Source: Octopus sinensis (lineage: Eukaryota). Taken from it: a stretch of DNA of 64,000 nt. A model generated the notes under the pieces. That model made no database searches and was not told where the DNA came from. It worked only from the letters and a program-made list of their open reading frames with translations. Every line of letters starts with the position of its first letter. Position 1 is the stretch's first letter. The DNA lies in assembly GCF_006345805.1 (NCBI RefSeq), contig NC_042997.1:17484001-17548000 (forward strand), in the 5' to 3' direction. Below are positions 1 to 11,880 of this stretch, in pieces. The position numbers and the translations under genes are program-made.

Positions 1-1076
1 ATGAAAAAATTGATGTGATAAACAACAATACAAGGGTAATAATAACTGCTTCTAATTTAGGTACAAAGCCAGCAGTTTTCATGGGAAGATGGATAGTAGA
101 TACCATTAACCCCAATACTTGATAAACACTTTATCAGCCTTTAAGGAATGAAAAGCAAAGTGACTCCAGTAAGATATGAACTCAGAATCTGAAGCACTAG
201 AAGTAAATTGGCAAACAATTTTTCCAACACTAACAATTCTGCCAATCCACCACCAATATAATAATAATAATAATAATAATAATTATTATTATTATCATCA
301 TCATCATCATTATTATTATTATAACAATGATGATGATAATGGTAGTGGTGCATTTGTGTGTGTGTATACATAAGTATGTATGCATGTATGTATGTACCTA
401 AACATTCCAAACTATTATGCTCTTAGCTAAATATTGAACTGTTTTGTATACCTTGTGGGAAATAATTTTTATTATAATTATTAATATCAATGCTGCTGGT
501 GCTGCTACTGTTGCTATAATTATTATTTTCTTTTTATTAAGTTAGGTTCCCTGCCCTCACCCTAATATAACTTTTTTGAAATAACATGTAAAACTCAAAC
601 TCGAGCAGGCCTGTGACCAGAGACAGTCCAGCCTTGACCCTCATATCATGTTTTTCCTTTTTACAACGATCTGGGACTACCTTATCCAATACATCCTTCT
701 TTTGAGGCAAGTTGCTGCAAGGAATATTTGGCTATTACTTTTAGCAGTTTAAGTTACCAGAATGTGGATGTCATGTTTTACTTTTGTTGATATATTTTTA
801 TTGGAAGGTGATACTGCAACAAACAAAACAGCTATTCTGACTTCTTCTAGAGAGGGCTATAGGGGGGAATGGAGGGAGAATCAAGAATTGTACACTTGAA
901 GTTAAGTAAGTTTACTATGCTTGACCTGCAAGAAAAAGCATCCAAGTATTTTAAACTGTATCTTTATAGTCTTAAAATGTAGCAGCTTGAACATACTGGA
1001 TAATGTGTGTATGTAAATACATACAGATATATGTACACATATACAGATAAATGCACAAACACACACACACACATAT

Positions 1077-1112
<36 letters not shown>

Positions 1113-1980
1113 ATATATTATATAAAATATATATTTTACATATAGTACATGGAACAGTCATGGCAGGAATGACATAATTGAAGCTTATTTTGGGAAGTGA
1201 GATAAAGTACAATAGCCACCTATTTATGAAGTAAAGAAAATGAAATTTAAATATAAACAAATTACAAATTGTGGAGTAAGGTCATATAGTAAACGGAAAG
1301 TAGAAAAGTAAAAAAGAAGGCAAAGCTCTAATGCTTGATGTAAGAAAAAAATGAAGTTTGATGCATGAAGAGATAATATGTGGTAGCAAATTGTAAAAGT
1401 TTGCCAAACAGATTAGAAATAATAAGAAAGAAAAGGAATAGAAACTGTTAAAGAGTGAATGAGAGAGGAAGTGTGTGTGTATATGTATTTGGCAGAATGT
1501 GTATGTGCACATCTTCTATATGTGTATGTGTGCATGTGTGTGTGTATACATGCGGAAAATAGAGAGAAAGAGTAAAACAAATAAATATATATGGATATGA
1601 TTAGTAAGATAGAAAGAGAGATAGAGGGTGAGAGGGATAGATTAAATGAGAACAAACCAGACATGTACATGCATTCACACACACAAACAGATACACACAT
1701 ATACATATGCACTCAATGAAAGAGGCAGAAGGAGAGAGGTGGGTAGAAAGAGGTAGCAAGAGAAATGTAAAAGAATTTTTGTAAATGAAATATGAAGTTG
1801 TTACTTTTTATATTATGGAATTAAACATAATGATAATGATATTTGAAATCAGAAAACACCTGTATGCATGTAGGTCTGTGCGTGAAATTTTGTCTCAGTG
1901 TTTGAGCTTATCTATCTGTCTGCATCTGTCTCTGTATATGCATGAATAAGTTTACTATATATGCATATTGTGTGTGTGTG

Positions 1981-2012
<32 letters not shown>

Positions 2013-2295
2013 GTGTGTGTGTGTTTGTATGTAACGATGTATGTATGTAGCATGTGTGTGCATATATATAGTGTATCTATATATTAATGTATATATACAT
2101 ATATATATCGCATTTACATATATATGTATTATATACACATACCATACACATGTATTTATAAATATATATATATATACATATATATGCATATATATATAAA
2201 GATACATAGTTACATATGTATAGATATACACACATACAAATACGTATTTACATACACATATATACATACCTATATATGTTACTATATACATTAAA

Positions 2296-2327
<32 letters not shown>

Positions 2328-2361
2328 AATATATATATACATATATATATGTATATATCTA

Positions 2362-2605
2362 CATATATATGCATATATACATATACTTATATGCATATAT
2401 ACATATACATATATATGCATATATACATATACATATATATGCATATATACATATACATATATATGCATATATACATATACATATATATGCATATATACAT
2501 ATACATATATATGCATATATACATATACATATATATGCATATATACATATACATATATATGCATATATACATATACATATATATGCATATATACATATAC
2601 ATATA
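2362..2605. repeat. 24-bp minisatellite (catatatatgcatatatacatata) x ~10 inside a 0.9-kb TA/CA-rich tract
   Basis: Near-perfect 24-nt periodicity, which explains the (MHIYVYVY)n and (IYAYIHIH)n translations in the ORF track. Confidence 0.9.
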
Positions 2606-2693
2606 TATATTATAAGCATATATACATATATATATATAAGCATATATACATACATATATATAAGCATATATACATACATATATATATGCGTAT

Positions 2694-2724
<31 letters not shown>

Positions 2725-2805
2725 TATATACATATATATATATATACATATAGATACATATATATACATCTATATATATATATACATATTTATATATAGA
2801 CATGC

Positions 2806-2847
<42 letters not shown>

Positions 2848-3379
2848 GTATATAATGTATACAAAATCCACATACACAAAATTATTAATTAAAATAAATT
2901 GTATAAACTACTGAAACTAATTGTTATGATATAGTTATTGGTGATGGCAACAGTGGTGATGAATGAAGTTGATGATGGTGGTGATGTTAATGATGACAAC
3001 GATGATGTGTGTGATGATGGTTGTGGTGATGATGATGGTGCTGGTACAAGAAAAGAGAATAGTAAAATTGTTATTGTGAGAGAAACACGAAGGGTGCATG
3101 CATTAAAGATAATGAAAGCCTTAAATCACATGGTAAAATAATAAAGATGATGAGGATGATGACGGGGATGATGACGCTGACGGGTGACTGTAACGGTGAT
3201 AGCGAGAGAAAGGACGTCGAAGACGACAACAATAATAATGTGGAGATGGTGGTGGTGTTGACGGTTGCAGTGGTGTAGTGGAGGTGACGGTGGTGCTAGT
3301 GGTGATGGTGACAATGACCGACTGACTGACTGATGATGACGACGGGACTAGGCGATTTAAGAACAGGTCTCCTGCTTAC

Positions 3380-3700
3380 CCATTCAAATGATACGGCGGC
3401 AGCACTGTCTGTCTCTTACAATGTCTTGGATGCTAGCATCAACATTGAAGCCAAATCCTGACAGTTGTGAGTGTGGCCTTTGCATCTGTCAACAATGCCC
3501 GCTGCTAGCACACTGACATTGTTTTGTCATCTCAACAAAGCCAGCTCCACTCGCTGACTGCTGCTGCTGCTGATAATGGTATGGCTGCTGCTGCTGCTGC
3601 CGATGCTGCTACTAAAGCTGCTGCTGCTGCTGCTGCTGCGGTGTTGCCGGCATCACGATTCAGGTAGTAAAGGGGATTCACTTCACGCTACGAAGAGGTG
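3380..3700 (-). other. Candidate first exon of a host gene (5'UTR with CAG/GCA repeats, ending ATG-G at a splice donor)
   Basis: Minus strand reads ...atcatttgaATGG|GTAAGCagg (ATG 3383-3381, donor GT 3379-3378). The block is locally GC/CpG-richer, unique and matches no TE I recognise. The other two frames contain stops. The upstream boundary is approximate. Confidence 0.45.
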
Positions 3701-4169
3701 CCAGTCAGTAGTACGTGTACTCTGAGTAAGGGTGTGTATGTTTGTGCGTCATTGTATGAAATACATATACTCAGAGAGATAAGACTGAATCAAGCAGATT
3801 GATAGATAGATTATATTTTGTTAGACGGACACACACATCTACATAATATATATATATACACATATACAGACACATCCACGTGACACACACACACTGACGT
3901 GGGCATGACGGTAAATTTGCTACAGATTTCGGGTTCAGTTCCTATGTAAAGCACATTGGGCAAGTGTCTTCTACTATAGCCTGGGGCTATTGTTGTGGTT
4001 TTGGTTGACAGAAATTGAGCGAAGTCCATCGTATGTATATTTTTGATATGTGTGTGTGTCTATCTGTGTGCATGTGTTACTATTTGACAATTCATGTTGG
4101 TTTAATTCTGTTCCTGTAATCTATCATTTTTAGCCAAAATCATTGGTAAAATATACTCTGTGAATTTTC

Positions 4170-4212
<43 letters not shown>

Positions 4213-4936
4213 CGTCTGTGTATGTTTGTGTGTCTGTGTTTGTCCCTCCAACATCTCTTGACAACCGATGCTGGTGTGTTTACATCCCCGTAACTTAGCA
4301 GTTCGGCAAAAGAGTTCGACAAAATAAGTACTAGGCTTACAAAGAATGAGTCCTGGGGTCGATTTGCTCGTCTAAAGGCGGTGCTCCAGCATGGCCGCAG
4401 TCAAATGACTGAAACAAGTAAAAGAGTAAATAAATAAGTTAACATTTTAATGTCCTAAAGTTGATGAACCAACTATTGTGCTTCTCCATTTTCTTATTTG
4501 CTATATATATATATATATATATATCTTATCTGATATCTTTTACTCATTTCTGGTCATTTAGACTGCGGTTAAACTAGGGCACCACCTTGAAGAACTTTAA
4601 CCAACAATCAATACTTCTTTTTTCAAAACCTAGCCTCCTTTAGCGAACTGCTAGTTTATGGGGGCTTCAGTACGCCAACACCAGTTGTTAAACGGTGAGG
4701 GATGGGGGCAAGACATACACACACACTTAAAACATATATATGATGAGCTTCTGTCTATCAAATCTTCTAGCAAGGCTTTCATCATCTTGAGTACAAGGCA
4801 CATGTCAAAGGTGCTATACAGTGGGACTGAACCCAGAATCATGTGGTTGAGAAGCAAGCTTCTTACCATATGGCCATGCTTGCACTTATATACATAAGTA
4901 CATGCGTATATATATATATAGTATGTATATATATAT

Positions 4937-4968
<32 letters not shown>

Positions 4969-5155
4969 CATACATGTATATATATACATTTACATACATG
5001 TACATATATATATTACATACATGTATATATATACATTTACATACATGTATATATATATATACATACATGTATATATATACATTTACATACATGTATATAT
5101 ATATATATATACATGTATATATATATTTACATACATGTATACATGCATATATATA

Positions 5156-5437
5156 TCACGTGATCACGTGACCGACCAGACCATCAAATGTTGTTACACA
5201 TCACGTTCGCATTGTTTTAGCCTTTGAATGACGCCAACCTGCTGGCTAAGCGAGCAGGCCAACAGAAGAAAGAGTGGTGAAAGAGTACAGCAGGGATCAC
5301 CCCCCCCCCTGCTGGAGCCTCGTGGAGCTTTTAAGTGTTTTCGCTCAATAAACACACACAACGCCCGGTCTGGGAATCGAAACCGTGATCCTGCGACTGC
5401 TAGTCCGCTGCCCTAACCACTAGGCCATTGCGCCTCC
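5156..5437 (-). mobile_element. tRNA-derived SINE (octopus OR-like family)
   Basis: Minus strand: ggaggcgcaaTGGCCTAGTGGttagggcagcgg...GTTTCGATTCCcagaccgggcg gives Pol III A and B boxes. The head is homologous to 45164-45545. Confidence 0.8.
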
Positions 5438-5835
5438 ACGCATATATATATATACACACATGTATATATATACATGCATGTACATATATACATGCATGTA
5501 TATATATATATATACATGTATATATATATATATACATGTATATATATATATATAACATGTATACATATATATCTACAGGTATTATACATATACATGTATA
5601 TATATTATATATATATATACATATATATATATTACATATATATATACATATATATTATATACATGTATATAATATATTACATATGTTATATATATACATG
5701 TATGTATAATATACATACATGTATGTATATATATATATACATGTATATATATATTACATGTATATATATATATACATGTATATATATATACATACATGTA
5801 TATATATATACATGTAATATATATATAAATATGAA

Positions 5836-6131
5836 TGTAAAAAGCACCATCCGATCGTGGCCGTTGCCAGTCTCGCCTGGCCCCCGTGCCGGTGGCACAT
5901 AAAAAGCACCATCCATCCGTGGCCATTTGCCAGCTCCGTCTGGCACCTGTGAAGGTGGCACGTAAAAAGCACCCACTACACTCATGGAGTGGTTGGCGTT
6001 AGGAAGGGCATCCAGCCATAGAAACACTGCCAGATCAGACTGGGCCTGATGCAGCCTTCTGGCTGCACAGACCCCAGTTGAACTGTCCAACCCATGCTAG
6101 TATGGAAAGAGGACGCTAAATGATGATGATG
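5836..6131 (+). mobile_element. 5'-truncated RTE LINE 3'UTR with (GAT)n tail
   Basis: Matches the 3'UTR directly following the RTE ORF at 15084-15683 (gtgccggtggcac units; ggttggcgttaggaagggcatccagcc; catggaaag.ggacgctaaatgatgat). Confidence 0.85.
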
Positions 6132-7292
6132 ATATATATATATATATATACATGTATATATATCGGTTAGTGCCTTTAACATGCCACCGGCACGGAAGCC
6201 AGTCAAGGCAGCGCTGGCATCGGCCACGTTCGGATGGTGCTTTTTACGTGCCACCGGCACAGGTATCACAACTACTATTTCCATTGATATTTATTTCGAT
6301 GTTCATGTACTTGACTCAATAGGTCTCCTCAAGCACAGCGGGTTGTTCTGAATTGCAAGGTACTTTGAATAGGCAGGGGGGGTGGATATATATCCTCACA
6401 CACACACACGTATATGTATGTATATATATATATATTTATGTATATAAATATATTTATCCATCTGTAGAAACAATGCCAGATTAGATTGGAGCTCGGATTG
6501 GGGTCTGGGAATATGTGTCAGGTTCGACAGTTATATGAATGAGGAATCTTCTTTATATATGTTCTGAAATCTTTCACAGTTTTGGATTTATTTAATCTCA
6601 TTCTGTTAATATTCGCGCGCGCACACGCACACACACACACACACACACATATATGAATGGATATGTATCTATATACCTTCCTTCTTCCTTGTCCTACTGG
6701 ATGGCCCAAGAATCTTTTCTATAGTAAGACAACTATACCTGTCCCTCTATCGTACTATAACCTCTCGCCTGGCACATGTGTGTGTGTGTGCAGGGTATGA
6801 GAGGTATTGGTGTCAAGACGACCCAAAGGTGTCAGGTAATGCTGAGTAAGTGCTATGGACAGACTATAGTTAAGCTCCAGGTTCGACAATTATATGAATG
6901 TGGAGGCCTTCTCTTTATAAATATTCTGAAAACTTTCAGTTTTGGATTTTTTAAATCGCACTCTGTGAATTTTCATATATATATATATATATATAGATAG
7001 ATAGATAGATACATATATATACATATATATACATATATGCAAATATATATATATATATATATACATATATGCATATACACACATATATATATGCACACAC
7101 ACACATATATATATATATATACATATATATATACATAAATATATGAATATAAACAAATATATATATGCATATATATATAAATATATATTTGAATATAAAC
7201 AAATATATATTCGCATATATATATAAATATATATATGAATATAAACAAATATATATTCGCATATATATATAAATATACATACATACATATAA

Positions 7293-7712
7293 AGTTAATT
7301 CAAACATGAAGAAAAAGAAAACAACAATGCGAGGACGTGGAATAAGTAAGTGTTATTGGACACTCAGGAAAGGAAAGAAAGTAGGAGATTTCATGTTTTA
7401 AGCGGAGCTCTTAATGAGAAATATAGAGAAAGTCCAAAGAAGCAAAGATGGAGAAAGAAAATCGCCAACGATACACATGCTGTCACATATTGAAATGTAT
7501 ATATACATATATACATACATACCTCTGTGTGTACCGTTGGCGCTTTTTTTCCTTTGTCTTCCCTTCTTTGGATCTTTCCTTTTCCTATGTTTCTGACGAA
7601 GAGCTCCGCTTGAAACGTTAAACCCTCCTTCTTTCCTTCTTTCCTGAGCGTCCAATAATACTATACTTGTTCCATGTCCTCACGTTGTTGTGTTTTCGTG
7701 TTTGGATTAACT
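7293..7712. mobile_element. Inverted pair of Penelope-like pLTR-type segments (arms ~7293-7476 and ~7529-7712)
   Basis: The arms are diverged reverse complements (e.g. aagcggagctctt 7400-7412 vs aagagctccgctt 7599-7611; cgccaacgatacac vs gtgtaccgttggcg) flanked by (TA)n. The right arm carries a hammerhead motif. The Penelope link is inferred from the motif. Confidence 0.6.
7589..7623 (+). ncRNA. Minimal type I hammerhead ribozyme motif
   Basis: GUUU-CUGACGA-A-GAGC(UCC)GCUU-GAAAC-GUU^AAAC. Stem I is GUUU/AAAC, stem II is 4 bp, stem III is the palindrome AACGUU with no loop, and there is one extra A after A9. Confidence 0.6.
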
Positions 7713-7807
7713 ATATATATACATACACGCATATATATATAAATATACATGCACACATATATTCATATATATATAAATATACATATATCTACATATACAT
7801 CCATATA

Positions 7808-8827
7808 TTGGCTTGGCAACTAAGTTTCTGAGGTTTTTTTTTTTATTTAAATTTTTTAAAAGGTTTAATAAGAAATAGCTAATTAATCAATAATGTTTAC
7901 AACTTCTTCTCAACGTTCAACAATGTTTTCAATACCTTGGTAGAAATCACCCAATTTCCTCTCGAAAAATTTGTCCAACCAAGCTCTCAATTCTTCATCA
8001 GTATTGAACAAAACTCCACACACAGCATTTGAAAGAGATCGAAATAGGTAGAAATCCATTGGTGCCAAATCAGGAGAATATGGTGGGTGTGGCAGCAGTT
8101 CCTAGCCATGCGTTTGAATGGCTTCCTTGGTTATATTGGTGGTGTCACTTGTTTACTGGGGCTAAGCCGTTCCTTACACAGCTTCATATTGAGGTATAGG
8201 CACCATTTTTCATTGCTAGTAATGATTCGGTAAAGAAATCATTGCTCGTGTCCATGAGTTGAGTGGTGACGAGCAAGCAACCAGTGAAGATTGTGGCTCG
8301 TTGATTTTTGTTGTTGTCACTTAAAGCATGCAGAACCCATTGAGTGTAGATGCTTCTCTATAGCAGTTATGGGAGCATTCCATTTCCCCTGCCAGTTCCC
8401 TTGTCGTTTGACGAGAATTTTTGTGCAAAATTTGATTTCATTGCTCTACATTGAACTCAACTGGACGGCCAGAATGAGGTGCGTCTTTGAGGTCAAAATT
8501 TCGATTTTTGAACTTGGTATACTAATCACGAGTGGTTCTTTCAGCTATGGCACCCTCTCCATGCACAGCACAAATATCATGAGCAGCTTTTGCAGCCTTA
8601 GAAACTTGATTAAAAGCAAAAAGAAGGAGGTGTTGAAAATGCTCATATTTCTTAACTTGACATTCCATTTTAATGATATGAAAATTAACTAAAATTAACT
8701 AGAAAAAAAAAACAAAGATTCCAAAATGATTCAAAAATAGAATTCTTGAAAAAAATAGATTCCAAATCTTAAAACACAATAAACTTCAAAATTAAAGAAA
8801 ATGGCGGTAACTTAGTTGCCAACCCAA
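7808..8827 (-). mobile_element. Mariner (DD34D-type) DNA transposon, internally deleted and degenerate
   Basis: TIRs ttggcttggcaactaagtt (7808) and aacttagttgccaacccaa (ending 8827), with TA on both sides. Minus-strand translation with stops/frameshifts gives DLKDAPHSGRP, RIITSNEKW and LPHPPYSPDLAPMDFYLFRSL. Confidence 0.92.
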
Positions 8828-8875
8828 TACATATATATATATATATATACACACATACATACATATAAATATACA

Positions 8876-9507
8876 TCTATTATATAAAATCCATTTTGTC
8901 TGTCTGTGTGTCTTCTAGGATCTTGAGCATTCTTCATCAAATATGATATGTAGATACCGACGGTATCAGGGCGTATATAAGTCTTGGAAAAATTACAAAA
9001 ATCGATTCCAGGTGAGAATGCGACCGATAAAGCCGTGGGAATGTGCATTTGTATGTGCAAGTACATCAGCTGTTGTGATCGATACTATGCATACGCAAGA
9101 AAAATGCACATGCAGTTTGCCCCAAAAAAGCCGGCTGGCTTGAAATAATGCCACAAAATGCAGTATATTTAAGAGACCAAAAAAGTAAGATGCAAAAGAG
9201 ATATTTTCTTCAAACTTGGCATGAAGTAAGGAAAGACTATTTGGTTTCTCAATAAGTTTTTTTTTTGCCTTAACTTCGTTTAACAAAACCAAAAATTTTA
9301 TTGAAATAAAGGCATGCTTAATTATTTCTTAATGAAAATAAAACACTGCTTAACACTCGCCTCCTTCATCAACTGCTGACCCAGGAACAAATCTACACAT
9401 CCATCGATTCAATTACTGACCCAGAGTAAGTCATGGTGTACCTGACCAAATTTCTTAACTCACAAGAACCCCATAAACTCTGCCTCTAGGTTAGAAGTCC
9501 TATTATG
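8876..9507 (+). mobile_element. Helitron remnant (5' TC end plus Pif1-type helicase fragment)
   Basis: A|TCTATTATATAAAAT...gtctgtctgt resembles a Helitron 5' terminus. 9349-9507 translates LNTRLLHQLLTQEQIYTSIDSITDPE*VMVYLTKFLNSQEPHKLCL*VRSPIM, matching the RepHel helicase motif (SID...YP.EFLNS...PH.L.LKVG.PIM). Confidence 0.7.
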
Positions 9508-9951
9508 TGGAAACAAGGATTAGAATCGAAGGGCCTTAGAGTCAACCTAGCTAAAACCAAAGTCCTAATAAGTAGGAAGGCAGGCAAACCACAAATCCCT
9601 TCAGGTAGATGGCCCTGCTCAATCTGTAGAAAAGGCATAGGTAGAAGCTCTATAAGATGTATCCAGTGTAAGCTATGGACACATAAGAGGTGCAGCAATA
9701 TCAAAGGAAGGGTAACTGGGAAGATAGTTTTTGTATGTGGCAGATGCTCAGCAGCAATAAACGCTGAAAATGTGCAGAGAACAACTTCCGTCACATTCCA
9801 GAGAGAAAAACTAGTAGTTGATAGCTTCCATTACCTAGGTGACCTAGTCAGTAGCGGGGGAGGGTGCACTGAAAGTGTAGCTGCTAGAATAAGAATAGCC
9901 TGGGCAAAGTTCAGAGAGCTCTTACCTCTGCTGGTGACAAAGGGCCTCTCT
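9508..9951 (+). mobile_element. RTE-clade LINE internal fragment (RT C-terminal region with PHD-type finger)
   Basis: ORF 9505-9963: WKQGLESKGLRVNLAKTKV...CSICRKG...CIQCKLWTHKRC...CGRC...FHYLGDLVSSGGG...ARIRIAWAKFRELLPLL. Homologous to the copy at 14192. Confidence 0.92.
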
Positions 9952-10009
9952 AGTTTAAATTAACTTACCATTTAACATTAAACTGAAGAATTATTCTTTA
10001 CTTTATTGT

Positions 10010-10244
10010 AGATCAACTGCTATCCTGAGTCTCATCAATTGCAGAGTATAATAAAAGTAAGAAGAGGAAAGAATAATCAAGTGATTAGCAAGAGGAGCAT
10101 GTGTGCTAGAGTCATGAATGATAAAGAGGTGGGTAATAGTATCATAGCAGTGGAGTAGATAAGAGTGAGGTAGTGATGGAAAGCAAGAGGGGACATAGAG
10201 TTTGTTGGACAAAAACAAGTAGCTTTGGTGTGTTCATGTCCATG

Positions 10245-10279
<35 letters not shown>

Positions 10280-11001
10280 GCTTATGAGTATCATATGTGT
10301 ATATATGTATTTAACAACATCTACATCTACAAGAGTACAGGCTGAATTTGTAATTGCTGCTATTCAGGAGTGTTTGGAGGATCACACCCTTAATGTAAGT
10401 TTCATTCTTGGCTTGGTCACTACTGCTGGGTGTCCTTCCTAACACCAACTATTTTCATGGCCTCCAACAAGAGAGGTTATTACATATTTGACAAAACTAA
10501 AGGATCCTCTTAAACACACACTTAACAGAGTTGACTGGGTGTATTTCATAATTGCATTAGTACTAGAGGGGACAAGACAGAGAGTGATGGAGAGCAAGAG
10601 GTGGAGAAATGGTGAGAGTGTGTGACAGATGTTGATGCCAAAGTGCAAGAAAGATATAGGCCATTCTAATGAGCTCCATTTATCTAGATGCCTCAAGATA
10701 GTAAGATAGCTAGAGTGATAAGAGGAGAAAGGGTGTATTGGAGAAAGAGTAAAATTAGTTCTGTGGTATCTGAAATTGCACTGAAAGCAATGTACAGTGA
10801 ACCAAAGAGATCAACTGCTATCCTGAGTCTCATCAATTGAGGAGTATAATAAAAGTAAGAAGAGGAAAGAATAATCAAATGATTAGCAAGAGGAGCATGT
10901 GTGCTAGGGTCATGAATGATAAAGAGGTGGGTAATAGTATCATAGCAGTGGAGTAGATAAGAGTGAGGTAGTGATGGAAAGCAAGAGGGGACATAGAGTT
11001 T
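10010..11001 (+). repeat. 194-bp direct repeat (10010-10203 and 10808-11001)
   Basis: Both copies run agatcaactgctatcctgagtctcatcaattg...ggacatagagttt, with 4 substitutions in 194 nt by eye. Confidence 0.92.
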
Positions 11002-11160
11002 CATATTTTTATATTTAATAGTTTGCACTATGATTGATTCACACACTGGTCATATCTGGAGTTGACCAGAAACTGAAATGATCATAGTATGAACTATTAA
11101 ATACATGCATGTATTAATGCATGCATGCATACATACATACATACATACATGCATGCATGC

Positions 11161-11880
11161 ATGTGTAGGCTATATCATGCTTCCATGGAAGACATCACGC
11201 ATGTGATTAGCAGCTACCCAAAAATGTTGTCATGGTACTACCTCCCTATGCAGCACGATGTTGTTGCTAAAACAATTTACAATGCCATCTGCAAAACCGT
11301 GCTTATTAGTATTATGAAGGACTTACTAAGTTTCTTGAAAGAAACTTATTAAGTCCCTCTGTTATGGAATACATTCATAAACACCAACTCAAGGAATACT
11401 GGTGGAATATTCTCATCAAAACGTCTGTCAAATGTAAACATAACAGGACAGATATTGTTGTTTGGGACAGAGGGGCAAAGGTATGTACCGTCATAGAAGT
11501 CAGCTGCCCTGCAGATATAAATATCTGTTTGAAAATCAAAGAAAAAGAGGATATCTATGGACAACTGCTTCAAAACCTCCAGCTTCTATATCTAGACAAT
11601 GAATTCATACTCATGCCAATAATAATTGGAGCACTAGGTTTTGTTGGTAAATGCTTAAAGGATAATCTGGATAAACTGGGATTTTCAGAAAGAGAAATTG
11701 ACCAGCTAATTCATGCATTATATGTGCAGTCTGTGAGTGGAACAGTAAAAACATGCAAGACTTTTCTCAAGTTCCAAATATGAATTTGTCTGTGTTAACT
11801 ACATCCCAAAGATGGAGCCTTGTATCTTTGTTGGAAACTGGCTTCCTTCTCTGTGGAAGATTTATGATAATTAAAAACTA
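11161..11880 (+). mobile_element. 5'-truncated R4/Dong-like non-LTR retrotransposon (zinc knuckle plus restriction-like endonuclease)
   Basis: CRLYHASMEDITHVISSY...QHDVVAKTIY is a decayed CCHC/RHD motif. ORF 11364-11783 has HNRTDIVVWD...VIEVSCP...KEKEDIY...PIIIGALG, the PD..D-E..K RLE pattern. Confidence 0.85.

Noticed and set aside
3509-3667. Plus-strand poly-alanine coding exon (…MAAAAAADAATKAAAAAAAAVLPASRFR)
   Set aside because: Bounded by stops, weak acceptor and driven by (GCT)n; better explained as the antisense of a repeat-containing 5'UTR.
10010-11001. LTR retrotransposon/TRIM
   Set aside because: No TG...CA termini, target-site duplication, primer-binding site or polypurine tract adjoining the repeats.
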